DNA of 64,000 nt, from positions 1 to 64,000 of the IMG/VR virus record IMGVR_UViG_3300009408_000001. One strand, given 5' to 3'. How positions within the stretch are numbered: the stretch's first letter is position 1; every line of letters begins with the position of its first letter. The stretch comes from a virus. The notes beneath the pieces were generated by a model, which saw only the letters and a list, made by a program, of their open reading frames with translations, was not told the origin of the DNA and did not search any database. The position numbers were made by a program, and so were the translations under genes. This document shows positions 1 through 9,878 of the stretch, in pieces.

Positions 1-96
1 CTTGTGGATGACTCCGGGGTGGCTGTTAAGGTCCGTCGGGCAATGACAACTACGGCAGAAATTGCAGCATACAACATCGTGGAAGAGGTCCACTAA
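1..96 (+). CDS. 3' end of a gene entering from the left edge (partial)
   Basis: Frame 1 open from base 1 to TAA at 94-96 (LVDDSGVAVKVRRAMTTTAEIAAYNIVEEVH*), followed by a hairpin. Confidence 0.55.
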   Translation, partial: LVDDSGVAVKVRRAMTTTAEIAAYNIVEEVH

Positions 97-112
97 AGTA
101 GTCACCTGACAA

Positions 113-147
113 CATAGATCCCCGCCCTACTTGGGCGGGGGTTTATG
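113..147. terminator. Bidirectional intrinsic terminator between convergent genes
   Basis: cccgccc-tactt-gggcggg stem flanked by CATA (113) and tttTATG (144-147). Confidence 0.65.
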
Positions 148-663
148 CTATATTACACCAGTCATGGCACCTAAAAACAATCGGGCTGGTCCGATAATTT
201 CACCAAAGCCATATTTATCACCACTGGCTACTGTAAACGAGGCGTACAATACCAGAACCGTTAAGGTGATGATAACCCCCTTAAGAAAGGAGTAACCCCC
301 CTTCTTTTTTTTTGCCGGTCCATACAGGTATTCCACTCTTTGTCGTTCTACTGGTACGGCACTTTGTTCTGGAAGCCGTTGTCGTTCGTGTTTGCGTCTC
401 CGCAGTTCCTCACGTACCCGACGCTTCTTTCTACGGTACCTCCATTCAGATAACTCATAGTACGCAGTAATCAAGGTAACTGTTAGTGTAGCACAAATTA
501 GTAAAATAGAACCTAGGTCTGATACACTCATACCTAGGACGTGTGGCTTTCCAGCAACGATCGACCACCAGTCCATTGGTATGTGTTCCACCACCGGAAC
601 CTCGTCTGTAACCAGTCCAGCAGCACCAATGCTACCAGCCAGCCCATTTTGCACATAAGCCAT
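148..663 (-). CDS. Hypothetical membrane protein (two hydrophobic segments, basic linker)
   Basis: 171-aa ORF; TM-like LGSILLICATLTVTLITAYY followed by RYRRKKRR; second TM near the C-terminus. Confidence 0.55.
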   Translation of the reverse strand: MAYVQNGLAGSIGAAGLVTDEVPVVEHIPMDWWSIVAGKPHVLGMSVSDLGSILLICATLTVTLITAYYELSEWRYRRKKRRVREELRRRKHERQRLPEQSAVPVERQRVEYLYGPAKKKKGGYSFLKGVIITLTVLVLYASFTVASGDKYGFGEIIGPARLFLGAMTGVI

Positions 664-672
664 ACCTTTCTC

Positions 673-1224
673 CTACTTTCCAGAATGGGCCCACAGTCCA
701 ATACAGATAGCATCGACAGCATGTTCATCTAATGCTGAAGCGTACTGTGGTAACCAAACCCCGGGCATTCCAAATAATGCCTGGCGCATGTGGTCCTTGT
801 CAGAGCTGTTTCCTTTAACACCCATTGCAACTTTAGCCGCAGAGGGAGTAACCTTCTTATACGGGACTGTAGGGTCCCAACTCATTGTCTCTCGTATGAA
901 GGAGATCGACAACTCGTTCAGGGCTTTGAACGCCTGTGGGAAGCGTTCCATGTAGGAGGTCTCTACTGCAACCACCGTGGGTTCCCACGTTAACAGCAAG
1001 TTACGGAACGATAGGCTATATCCCATGACCGCAACTTCCCGTTCCTCGTATTGTTCTGACAAGAACGGTTTATTTCTAACTAAGTCTTTACGATGAACTG
1101 TAAAGGCCATTGGTACGTGTATCTCTCCCGTACTTAGATCCTTTTCTACGATAGCAAAACCAGTGTGAGTGGTTCCGGGATCTACAGATAAGACCCGTTC
1201 CCGGTCAGGGTATGGGATGTGCAT
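673..1224 (-). CDS. ruvC: RuvC-like Holliday junction resolvase
   Basis: VLSVDPGTTHTGFA (catalytic D), VVAVETSY (E), TPSAAKVAMGVKGNSSDK, EHAVDAICIG (D) match the RuvC motifs. Confidence 0.9.
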   Translation of the reverse strand: MHIPYPDRERVLSVDPGTTHTGFAIVEKDLSTGEIHVPMAFTVHRKDLVRNKPFLSEQYEEREVAVMGYSLSFRNLLLTWEPTVVAVETSYMERFPQAFKALNELSISFIRETMSWDPTVPYKKVTPSAAKVAMGVKGNSSDKDHMRQALFGMPGVWLPQYASALDEHAVDAICIGLWAHSGK

Positions 1225-1248
1225 TATTTATCGCTCCACTGTTATGTC

Positions 1249-2079
1249 CTAAGACCTCAAAGGAACGTCAGTGGCTTCAGAGTAAGTTTGTCTGAAACCA
1301 CGTGACGTGATTTCCAGAACGACCATAACAGGAACATGTGCGGCAATTTGTGCCCCGACTGCTTCTTCGTAGGTAATGTTAATCCCACCTAATGTGGAAT
1401 CTACCTGCGTTGGAACAGCTTGCACTACCGCCATCTCTGATATGACTGCCAATCCTGGATCGCCGTATATCGTCAAACACGCCTCCATCATCTCTGCCAC
1501 GTCAGAAGCAGTGATCACGAACTCACTGTTTGTCGCTACCGAGGCCAAAGTTTGTCCAACAACAATTGCATTTGCATCTGTAGCAATAGCGGTTGGGTGT
1601 AACTGACTGCTTGTTGCAGTATATTCTTCACTGGTCGACACCCCATCAATGGTAGTCACAATCTCAACAATTGGTAACGCAGTGTCAAACGGAATTCGCT
1701 TTAGGTAGTATGCAAAATAATCTACACCCGAAACGGTTATCAATGTCCGCATCCCATACCCTGTTCGTTCAGCGACGGTTAAGTCATTTGAAACCGGACG
1801 GATAATAAAGGGAATGTGTTCATATAGCGCCGCATCGGTTGGGGAATGTACTGCTGTACCAATCGCGGTCTTGTTATCCGTAGTTTGTCTCCACAGGTGT
1901 GCCCCTCGACCAGCAGCCACGTAATGGTTTTGTGGGTACGTGCCATTAGGGTATGTCGCATCGGGCTGCACTGAGAACAGTTCGTTTAAGGTTGAGTATG
2001 CCATAGGGGTGTAGACTTGTTGCTTCTTTTGACATTGCTCAAGCATCGAACTGTAAATGGTCTTTGTTGTTTCGAACAT
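1249..2079 (-). CDS. phiKZ-like virion structural protein (gp127-like by synteny)
   Basis: ATG at 2079 with AAGGA RBS; resembles a conserved phiKZ-family virion protein (LYEHIPFIIRPVSNDLT..ER..YGMR..FAYYLKRI); lies between ruvC and the gp128-like gene. Confidence 0.6.
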   Translation of the reverse strand: MFETTKTIYSSMLEQCQKKQQVYTPMAYSTLNELFSVQPDATYPNGTYPQNHYVAAGRGAHLWRQTTDNKTAIGTAVHSPTDAALYEHIPFIIRPVSNDLTVAERTGYGMRTLITVSGVDYFAYYLKRIPFDTALPIVEIVTTIDGVSTSEEYTATSSQLHPTAIATDANAIVVGQTLASVATNSEFVITASDVAEMMEACLTIYGDPGLAVISEMAVVQAVPTQVDSTLGGINITYEEAVGAQIAAHVPVMVVLEITSRGFRQTYSEATDVPLRS

Positions 2080-2089
2080 GGTTCTTCCT

Positions 2090-4162
2090 TTATAGTAAAA
2101 TGGTTTCGGTCCGCCCACCTACGGCCGACCCGCTGTGCAGTACGCTGATGCCAGTCTGGTATATGCTGGACGTTGGCCTGGACATGGCCATAGGGACTAA
2201 TTCGTTTGAACCGTATGTTTCCACCGCAATGGATGTAATGACCGTACCTCGATCTACATTGCTGAACAGTTCTTGAGAGACTGCCCTTCCCATTGCCCCG
2301 GTCAACACAACTGCTTCTCCGTCTGCCTCGGTAGAGACTCCTGCCGGATATGTCCCAATGTCGCTATTTCTTGGACCCGCTCTTTTCTTCTTACCCTTTA
2401 CATACATGCACCCATAGCTGGTTAGTGTACGGAGGATGTCAGTCATTGCATTGAACCGGGCATCGGTGTTACCAGATAGGTACGACGAACCGGTTATCGC
2501 TTCGAGTACGGTTCCTACCAAATCACCAGGGTCGCTACTTTCAATGCCCGTTAGGTTCAGGCTTTTAGCCCACGTGCCATAGGACATGTCCTCCGGACCA
2601 AGTGCAACGGACATAGTGGTAAACAACGACTGCATCACCTTCTTTGTTTCTCCACGGAACCGTGCTGTTACGGTACCTACCATGTAGGTGTACATTTTGT
2701 AGTACGCGATAGAACAGGCATTGGCATAGGTTGCGAGTTCCCCAGTCGTACGAATGGGTACCATTTTAGGTAACAGCGAGTACAGGTAGTCCACCGCACC
2801 TGTGTCCCGGTATTTCTTAGACACACTGGCGTACAGTAGATTGATTGGTACCGGCTCCACTGGGGTTACCCCATATATCTGGACACGCGGTATCAAATCG
2901 TCAGGGCTTCCACCGTCTGCCAGGTTCAACGCATACATGAGTAAAACCGCAGCGTCTTTAGATGACAGAGTCACGTCTACCTGACCCGGTTGCCGTAAGG
3001 TCATTATGGTTGGGAAGTAATCCACGGATGCCGCGTAAAACCAAGTCTGCAAAGTAAGGAAATCCACATTAGCGATGTCCTCGTTAGGAGCGTACTCTTG
3101 CTTCAGCTCAACAAGCCCAGTTGGAACCGCATCTACGGTCGTTGCCGAAATGGTTCTCCGCATCGTGGCGGTATCCTCATCTCGTTCCAAGTCATTCCAC
3201 AGGGCCAGTCCTGTCATGTCCCCGTATACGTGCTCTGTGTCCTCTCTGTGGTCTTTACGTATCTCAGTCCTTGCGTTAGCATATCCTGTAGGTATAAAGG
3301 CCGGAGAACACACCCTGTCCCTTATAAGGTGTTCTTCGGTCTGGGTTATCTCATATCGGAACGCCTTAATCCTAGCCGGTTCGGTTATGTTCTTTTGCAA
3401 AAGCAACATGGTACTGTCTTTACCCACGTTGTGTTTGATGTATCGGATGTTCCTATACAGGAACAGTGCTTGCTTATGGGTAAGGTGTTCCCGATACCGA
3501 GAAAGTCCCATGTTACTGGACAGGTAGTTCCACAGGTGAAAAGACCCCACCGAGGAGGTATGACAGTTCCTAAGTCTTATTGAGATTACTTCAAGTGCAA
3601 GGGTTTGGTACATGACCGCCAAGTAAGAAGCCGCATATAAGGGGTGGGATACAGAGTATGCCGATACCACCCAGCGTTGTAGGAAGGAGTACAACCATTC
3701 CTGCAATCCGGAAATTAAGTTATCTTCTCCCTCGCCAACCAGCGTTTTATCATACGTCATGATCGTGTGGTCAGGTGAAGATATTGCCGTCTCCATCTCT
3801 ACAGGATAAAAAATCCTGGGGATTAAGTTTACCTGGTCAGGATACCGCTTGAGGAGTTCTTTGTGATATATCCCACGTGGACCGTATTCTGATCGTGTGA
3901 TTGGATGATCTTTAAGTACCTCAGGTGACAAGGTTATTTCAAGGTGACTGTCCGAGGAAACAACCTTGATCTCACTGTCGGATTCATGGTACAGTCCAGC
4001 CAGGTTAAGGTAGGTCTTCCATGTCCGTGGGTCGTCTAGGACCAGGTATCCCATGTAAGTTAAGTATTCATTTACCTGCTCAATACTGTGATGGGACTTG
4101 ATCACCATTCCTCGAATGAGCGTAATTGACTCTTTTAAGTAAAGTCTATATTCCGCGTTCAT
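2090..4162 (-). CDS. phiKZ gp128-like virion structural protein
   Basis: 690 aa; N-terminal MVIKS..DDPRTWKTYLNLAGLYHESD..ELLKRYPDQ pattern recalled from the phiKZ-family protein; head-to-head with the portal. Confidence 0.65.
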   Translation of the reverse strand: MNAEYRLYLKESITLIRGMVIKSHHSIEQVNEYLTYMGYLVLDDPRTWKTYLNLAGLYHESDSEIKVVSSDSHLEITLSPEVLKDHPITRSEYGPRGIYHKELLKRYPDQVNLIPRIFYPVEMETAISSPDHTIMTYDKTLVGEGEDNLISGLQEWLYSFLQRWVVSAYSVSHPLYAASYLAVMYQTLALEVISIRLRNCHTSSVGSFHLWNYLSSNMGLSRYREHLTHKQALFLYRNIRYIKHNVGKDSTMLLLQKNITEPARIKAFRYEITQTEEHLIRDRVCSPAFIPTGYANARTEIRKDHREDTEHVYGDMTGLALWNDLERDEDTATMRRTISATTVDAVPTGLVELKQEYAPNEDIANVDFLTLQTWFYAASVDYFPTIMTLRQPGQVDVTLSSKDAAVLLMYALNLADGGSPDDLIPRVQIYGVTPVEPVPINLLYASVSKKYRDTGAVDYLYSLLPKMVPIRTTGELATYANACSIAYYKMYTYMVGTVTARFRGETKKVMQSLFTTMSVALGPEDMSYGTWAKSLNLTGIESSDPGDLVGTVLEAITGSSYLSGNTDARFNAMTDILRTLTSYGCMYVKGKKKRAGPRNSDIGTYPAGVSTEADGEAVVLTGAMGRAVSQELFSNVDRGTVITSIAVETYGSNELVPMAMSRPTSSIYQTGISVLHSGSAVGGRTETILL

Positions 4163-4234
4163 AGTGTATTACTCGTTCTAAGGTAACGGTGCAGGTCGCA
4201 CCACTCATACAATTTATAGGGGTCTGTAACAACC

Positions 4235-6595
4235 ATGGCTAAGGGTAAGGATAAAGATAAAATGCCTCCAACGACGAAACCAGCGGCGGTGGCAGCTAAA
4301 GCAACAATTGACGCAAGGGTGTACTTGCCTACCACTAAGAAAAGAAACGCCGGTAAAACACAGAACCTCGATGGGGTTGTACAGGCCCTGTTGAAAAATG
4401 TGACCGACTCCATGGATGACAATTCGGCACACATGCGGTTGCTTCCTGACATAAAGCTCGTCATGCGGGTACTCGTGGCATCCATCCTTTCACCTAAGGA
4501 CTTGCTCGAACCCACTTTAAACTTCACCGCCAAATCCCCAGACACCTCTAAAGAGTTACCGGCTGGGTTACTAAACGAGATATCGGAGTACTTCACAACC
4601 GATGAGGGGTATAACCTTCTTCCAAAATTGCAGAACATGTTAGAAGAAGCGTTGTTTAAGGTTGGGTCGTTCACCTTACTTACATTGCCGGAGTCAACCA
4701 TAGTAGACCTTGTTCAGGAAACAAAGGCATATACTGCCGCACGTAACAATCTGGGCCTAGAGTCATACGGTGCAACTACCCCGGTGATATGGGGTAACCA
4801 ACCGGGTACAACAAAGATGTCAAACCTGGGTACCCTTTACAGCGACAAAGGATCGCGTTTCCGGTTACCCGAACTCATCAAACGAGATAGGTCAAACAGT
4901 ACCGCTAAGTCGTATGGCATGGAGAGTTTCTCGGCACCGGGAATACCCATGCGTAAGGTCGGAAACAGTGGTCCTGGTGAGAACGATGAGTCCACTCCTC
5001 TCGTTAAGATTGTACCTGCTGATTGTGTCTTACCTATTGTCGGGGACGGGGAACCACGTGGGTACATGTTGTTAACCTCTAGGTCCGGTAGTTTCGTGTC
5101 CAGAACAAAGAGTGATTCGGCTATCACTGCAATGCGGAAAGAATTACTTAAGCAAGCAGCGTCCTCTGCACTGGGTAACTTAATGCGTGCAACCGGCATG
5201 GAGACAAAGCAAACCGAAGTACTGGAACGCCCTGAAGAATTGCTGGCGGCGTACTCTGAAAGTATTGATGCTGAGATTCTAGAACAGTTAGAGACAGGGG
5301 GCGGTGAGGCAGGAGAACTTTCTGTGTCCGCATCCAATGAGGTATACGCCCTCATGCTTACCAGGGCACTGGCCGGAATTCCAACGGTGTTGATGTTTGT
5401 ACCCCCCGAACTGGTTACTTACTACGCCTTCGATAAAAACAAGTTGGGTATCGGGGTTTCCATTCTGGAGGAGACCAAAGATTATGGCCTGTTACGTGCT
5501 ACGCTTATGATCTCCATGGTAATGTCAAGCATAAAGAACGGGGTGGGCCACAGTAAGCTCTCCATTGAACTGGATGATGATGATCCAGATGCACCCACTA
5601 CCATTGACCAGGTCATGCAGAACCACGCGGGTTACCAGGTGAATCTATTTCACGATTCATTTCGGTCCTTCCCGGAAATCGCAGAAAGTCTACAGCGGGC
5701 AGGAGTCGAGTTAGAAGTTACCGGTGGTGATACTTTCCCAGGAACAAAAAGTTCATTGGAAGACGCGTCCCGGGATCACCAGACTCCTGACACGGATCTA
5801 CTAGATACACTCCGAAGATGGGAGTATTCTGGTTGGGGGGTTCAACCCGAGATGATTGACAGCACCCTTGAAGGGGAGTTAGCCACCTCTGTAGTATCTC
5901 GGTCAACCATGTTTGCTAAGACGGTGATTGGGTATGCTTCAATATCTGGTTCACACCTATCACACTTTGTGAGGTACTACATCTTCTCTTCTGGTAAGTT
6001 AATCAAGAAGATAAAAGAAGAATACCCGGATGAAGAAGATCGTCGGAAATTCATTAACAGTATCGAGGTAAAGCACCCAATGCCAGATCTGGTTAAGATC
6101 AAAGCACAGTCTGATGCGCTTGAGGAATACACCAACCTTGTAGAGTCGGTTACCAGGTCTGCGGTATCCGAAGACATGTTATCGGAGTTAATGGACGGTG
6201 ACATTGATGCCAGTGTAATGGAGAGTATCCGGAATTCATTCTCTTCCGCCATTATTCGAGATTGGATAAAGGACCAGAATATCCTCCCAGAGGTACATGA
6301 GCTCTTTTCCTCCGAAGGTGGTGAGGTCTTAACAGATCGTATCACTGGACACAATGAGACCCTAATGAAGATCATGGGTAAGGTCATTACCAAGCTGTCC
6401 AAGACCGAACGTAAAGTCGGAGATAAGATCGACAAGGCACGCAATCCTCCTGAGCCAGAAGAAGAACCCACACCAGAACAACCTAGTACAGAAGAACCCA
6501 CACCAGAACAACCTAGTACAGAAGAACCCACATCAGAACAACCTGGTCCAGAAGAACCTGGTCCAGAAGAACCTGGTCTAGTAGGAGAGTTGTAG
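4235..6595 (+). CDS. Portal protein (phiKZ gp129-like)
   Basis: 786 aa; LLPDIKLVMRVLVASILSPKDL and EALFKVGSFTLLTLPEST resemble phiKZ-family portal motifs; divergent from the gp128-like gene; acidic Pro-rich tail. Confidence 0.7.
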   Translation: MAKGKDKDKMPPTTKPAAVAAKATIDARVYLPTTKKRNAGKTQNLDGVVQALLKNVTDSMDDNSAHMRLLPDIKLVMRVLVASILSPKDLLEPTLNFTAKSPDTSKELPAGLLNEISEYFTTDEGYNLLPKLQNMLEEALFKVGSFTLLTLPESTIVDLVQETKAYTAARNNLGLESYGATTPVIWGNQPGTTKMSNLGTLYSDKGSRFRLPELIKRDRSNSTAKSYGMESFSAPGIPMRKVGNSGPGENDESTPLVKIVPADCVLPIVGDGEPRGYMLLTSRSGSFVSRTKSDSAITAMRKELLKQAASSALGNLMRATGMETKQTEVLERPEELLAAYSESIDAEILEQLETGGGEAGELSVSASNEVYALMLTRALAGIPTVLMFVPPELVTYYAFDKNKLGIGVSILEETKDYGLLRATLMISMVMSSIKNGVGHSKLSIELDDDDPDAPTTIDQVMQNHAGYQVNLFHDSFRSFPEIAESLQRAGVELEVTGGDTFPGTKSSLEDASRDHQTPDTDLLDTLRRWEYSGWGVQPEMIDSTLEGELATSVVSRSTMFAKTVIGYASISGSHLSHFVRYYIFSSGKLIKKIKEEYPDEEDRRKFINSIEVKHPMPDLVKIKAQSDALEEYTNLVESVTRSAVSEDMLSELMDGDIDASVMESIRNSFSSAIIRDWIKDQNILPEVHELFSSEGGEVLTDRITGHNETLMKIMGKVITKLSKTERKVGDKIDKARNPPEPEEEPTPEQPSTEEPTPEQPSTEEPTSEQPGPEEPGPEEPGLVGEL
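6461..6580 (+). repeat. In-frame tandem repeats at the portal C-terminus
   Basis: 30-bp unit gaagaacccacaccagaacaacctagtaca x3 (third is a variant), then 15-bp gaagaacctggtc(c/t)a x2; encodes EEPTPEQPST / EEPGP. Confidence 0.95.
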
Positions 6596-6596
6596 G

Positions 6597-7013
6597 ATGA
6601 AGTACATCCACTTGGTTATACCGGGAAATGAACAAGTTGTACCATATTGTGATATTTTATGTGCTGAAAAGGACCTTGTCGTAGGTCACTTTCCACTGGC
6701 AGGAGGAACCCCGGGTGAGGCGATCGTTGTCAAAACCACGAGGGTTCCATCCTGTCGGTACATTGATGTCCGTGTTCCAGAAAAGTGCGGGTGGTCCCAA
6801 CTCGGCAGGGTTCGCATACACGGGACAGGTGACATCGCGTGGGTAGATGTATTTACCCTTCTGGGAGAGAGACGTATAGTGGTATCACAACATGCACCTG
6901 GCGAGACAGAAGTCTATTCAGTGTATGACCACGATGGTAACGGGTGGTGGGTTAAGTCGTTGTCTCTGACAGAGTTATTTGTTCTGTCTGTGTCACTGGT
7001 ACCGCCCGAGTAA
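6597..7013 (+). CDS. Hypothetical protein
   Basis: 138-aa ORF starting 1 nt after the portal stop; GGAG upstream. Confidence 0.6.
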   Translation: MKYIHLVIPGNEQVVPYCDILCAEKDLVVGHFPLAGGTPGEAIVVKTTRVPSCRYIDVRVPEKCGWSQLGRVRIHGTGDIAWVDVFTLLGERRIVVSQHAPGETEVYSVYDHDGNGWWVKSLSLTELFVLSVSLVPPE

Positions 7014-7071
7014 TCGGTGTGTCTTGGCGAGATAGGTATCCATTCGGATACCACTTACCAGGAAGGATCGC

Positions 7072-7221
7072 ATGACTAAATATGAAATGATAGAAGCGGG
7101 TCTAACGGGTACGGTAGTTTCGGTACTTCTGTACATGATAACCCAAACCTGGTTGGATATGTATGATCCACCGGTAATGATCCGGGCGGTGGATACCATT
7201 GTACTCGGACTTAGAGGATGA
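7072..7221 (+). CDS. Small membrane protein (49 aa, not in ORF track)
   Basis: AGGAAGGA RBS; MTKYEMIEAGLTGTVVSVLLYMITQTWLD... with one TM segment. Confidence 0.55.
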   Translation: MTKYEMIEAGLTGTVVSVLLYMITQTWLDMYDPPVMIRAVDTIVLGLRG

Positions 7222-7225
7222 ATAA

Positions 7226-7396
7226 ATGCTTAAGTGTGACACCATTATAGTTGGGGCTGGGATCGTCACGGGAGTAATTAGTCTCTTATTGGCAGCCAGC
7301 GTTATCTACGGCGGCAGCCTGACCTCTCAGCTAGAGGAAACAAAAATGCTACTTAGGGAGAGTCAAACGGTAGCCGCTCTATGTAACCGCAAGTAG
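7226..7396 (+). CDS. Small membrane protein (56 aa, not in ORF track)
   Basis: AGAGGA RBS; MLKCDTIIVGAGIVTGVISLLLAASVIYGG... single TM plus short helical tail. Confidence 0.55.
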   Translation: MLKCDTIIVGAGIVTGVISLLLAASVIYGGSLTSQLEETKMLLRESQTVAALCNRK

Positions 7397-7401
7397 TCAC
7401 C

Positions 7402-7524
7402 ATGTGGACCTATGACAAAGTGGTAGACGTGGTTTCTTTATTCTCTGTAACCGCCATATTGGTGACGTACATAGCGAAGACAGTATATCTGTATTGGTTA
7501 TTTATGTCATACATGGGCGACTAA
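7402..7524 (+). CDS. Small membrane protein (40 aa, not in ORF track)
   Basis: MWTYDKVVDVVSLFSVTAILVTYIAKTVYLYWLFMSYMGD; packed directly after the previous ORF. Confidence 0.45.
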   Translation: MWTYDKVVDVVSLFSVTAILVTYIAKTVYLYWLFMSYMGD

Positions 7525-7600
7525 CCCCCGGTGTACCCGGGACTCGGCGAGGCGTGTTGAAGACATTACGTTCGACATAGGTCGGACAAACGTTAACACG

Positions 7601-8203
7601 GTGGTTATCATGAACAATGATATCTTTTACGATGAAGTCGCCAACGCCCCTTATGTAGAGTCCGGTGATAAGTCAACGGTCCTTTTGGGACTGCCTACCG
7701 ATTCGGGCGGAATCGGAAAAGTCGAGGTTTACCAGGGAACAGGACCTGGAAAGCGAGTGAAGGTATGCGAGCTTACCATGGAAATAGGGGATCGTGGGTA
7801 CGGGTTCGGTGGGGCCTTAGGACTATCTCGAAACGGAAATGTACTTGCAGTGGGTTCATCTCCACCAGACGAGGTGTTTGGAACATGTGGGACTGTGTTC
7901 TTATACCTTAAAACTGGGAAGCAGGAGTGGACAAGGGTAACCTCACTCGCTATAACTGGAACAGGACTGGAAAAAGATTACCAGTTGTTCACAGAAGACA
8001 TTGTCATTTCAAAAGGGGGGCTTACCTTAGTTATCGGTGGTGGTACATCACACTACGGGGGCTTGGTTACCTTTAACCTGGACGTTAAGAATGCAGTGTG
8101 GTTATCCACGGGTGCGTTTATAGACAAGGATTCAGGGGAAACCCAATCTGACGCTGCTGTCTCTACACTGGGGCGACTACGTGGTTTGTGGAGTAAGACA
8201 TGA
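7601..8203 (+). CDS. Degenerate FG-GAP/integrin-type beta-propeller fragment
   Basis: GYGFGGALGLSRNGNVLAVGS..GTVFLY..EW repeat signature. Confidence 0.6.
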   Translation: MVIMNNDIFYDEVANAPYVESGDKSTVLLGLPTDSGGIGKVEVYQGTGPGKRVKVCELTMEIGDRGYGFGGALGLSRNGNVLAVGSSPPDEVFGTCGTVFLYLKTGKQEWTRVTSLAITGTGLEKDYQLFTEDIVISKGGLTLVIGGGTSHYGGLVTFNLDVKNAVWLSTGAFIDKDSGETQSDAAVSTLGRLRGLWSKT

Positions 8204-8862
8204 ACAGCCTTGCTTCCGGGGCGGTTGTTTCTTACCTCTCTGGGAGGCCAGTACCTGGGTTCCCAGTCAGCGTGTCTAAGGACGGAAACATTGCAGTGGT
8301 GGGTATGCCATATTACGGCGGAGGGACAGGTAGGGTGTTTGTCCACAGGTACGTTGACAAACACTGGACTGAAATAGCTACCCTATCTACAGACGACCCA
8401 GATGTTGGGTTTTACGGAAAGGGGGTTGGTTTGTCTGATAACGGGACTACCCTAGCCGTACTATCTGCTTCCCAGCTTCCTTCTGGTCGGCACCTTGCCA
8501 CCGCATTGGAGTGTTTTAAGTTGGGACCGGGTGGTAGACTCACGCCTATTTACACGGCACTTCTGTTCTCTAGTACACCCTGGGAATATTCCAGAGTGTC
8601 CGTATCGGATGATTCCATGGTTTGTATTTTAATGGATAAGTTCGGTGCGATGCGCGCCGTAAAACGGGTGGTCAATAGTGTGGGATATGCTTATGATCTG
8701 GACCCACCAGAACATACTGCACTTGCGGTTACTGCCCCTGTGAAGAAAGAGCCACGCTACTGGGGAGGTACACTCAGCAGCATTGAGTTCGTCTCCACGG
8801 GTTTTGTACTGGGACTTGGCTTTTGGGCAATGGAATGGCTCTTAGTTAAACTGTCGCCATAA
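8200..8862 (+). CDS. Degenerate FG-GAP beta-propeller fragment
   Basis: VSVSKDGNIAVVGMPYYGGGTGRVFVHRY..W and FYGKGVGLSDNGTTLAV repeats; ATGA overlap with the previous gene. Confidence 0.65.
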   Translation: MNSLASGAVVSYLSGRPVPGFPVSVSKDGNIAVVGMPYYGGGTGRVFVHRYVDKHWTEIATLSTDDPDVGFYGKGVGLSDNGTTLAVLSASQLPSGRHLATALECFKLGPGGRLTPIYTALLFSSTPWEYSRVSVSDDSMVCILMDKFGAMRAVKRVVNSVGYAYDLDPPEHTALAVTAPVKKEPRYWGGTLSSIEFVSTGFVLGLGFWAMEWLLVKLSP

Positions 8863-8873
8863 AGGAAGACGAC

Positions 8874-9401
8874 ATGGAAACTCAAACCACTCCTGGGTTT
8901 TTTAAACCCCTTGACATTGAGGCGTTACCGTACCAACAATCCGGAAATGGCGAGTATGTTGTTGTCGGAACTACGGGAAGGTACGCTTCAGGTAAAGAAG
9001 TGGGGGTCTATAGGGTTACACACGGCAAGTTGTCACATGTAAAAGACCTTGTAACACGACAAGGAGATATGGGAACGAGTTATGGCGTGGTAGTGGCTAT
9101 CTCCGAGGAAGGCAACTATGTTGCTGTAGGTACTCAAGTAAAGAGTGCTGTCCGAGTGGATATCTACGTTGGCGAGGGTTTGTGGGAACACGCATCTACG
9201 GTGTACATCACCAGTGCGGACTATCGCAAAACAAAACTAAAGGTAACCTCTACCGGGGGTGTCGTGTATTCTTACGATGGCAACCCACACCTTACGTGTG
9301 GACCTCGTCGTGTGAACATGCGAAACTTGCTCGGGGTTGCATACCTCATGGGCTGCATTGGTGCAGTCCTTCATCAATTAGTTCTAACAGCCTTTCCATA
9401 G
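8874..9401 (+). CDS. Degenerate FG-GAP-like protein
   Basis: SGNGEYVVVG and SYGVVVAISEEGNYVAVG repeats. Confidence 0.55.
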   Translation: METQTTPGFFKPLDIEALPYQQSGNGEYVVVGTTGRYASGKEVGVYRVTHGKLSHVKDLVTRQGDMGTSYGVVVAISEEGNYVAVGTQVKSAVRVDIYVGEGLWEHASTVYITSADYRKTKLKVTSTGGVVYSYDGNPHLTCGPRRVNMRNLLGVAYLMGCIGAVLHQLVLTAFP

Positions 9402-9409
9402 GAGACATC

Positions 9410-9661
9410 ATGGCAAAGTCCGAAGTCAAGAAGAACATCCCCGTTACAAAAACAAAGCCGAAGAAGACCCCACTCGGTTCCATGGTCGCTGGGTTAGTCC
9501 GAGAAGGGTTAAGTAAGTACCTGAAGACGGGTGGTGTGATTGCGATCCTGGTCGTGTCCGCACTGTATCTAACCGCATCTACCGTTTGTGACCTCAACCC
9601 TGAAATCACAGCGTGTGTTTACGTGAGTGATTCTATTCCAGCACCTACACTGGAACCATAG
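9410..9661 (+). CDS. Small membrane protein (83 aa)
   Basis: GGAGA RBS, ATG at 9410; basic N-terminus, TM GVIAILVVSALYLTAS. Confidence 0.6.
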   Translation: MAKSEVKKNIPVTKTKPKKTPLGSMVAGLVREGLSKYLKTGGVIAILVVSALYLTASTVCDLNPEITACVYVSDSIPAPTLEP

Positions 9662-9667
9662 TAAGTG

Positions 9668-9699
9668 AGCCGCTGACTTATAGTCAGTGGTTTTTTATG
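9668..9699 (+). terminator. Intrinsic terminator
   Basis: gccgctgact-tat-agtcagtggt followed by tttttTATG. Confidence 0.7.
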
Positions 9700-9878
9700 C
9701 CGCATGCTGGTATTATGAACCCACTTAGGAGAAACACGCATGACGACGACCGTGTGGCCAAGATTGCAGTTGCTGCAACACTGGAAGGTATCGAACTGGC
9801 ACGACTGGTAAATACCCATGCTAGTTAACAGAGAACCACACTGGCAGCACTTAGAGATATTCTTTTCACATAGACGTA

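Noticed and set aside
148-663. Holin call for the first membrane protein
   Set aside because: TM plus basic tail is suggestive, but no endolysin or spanin is nearby and the similarity is too generic.
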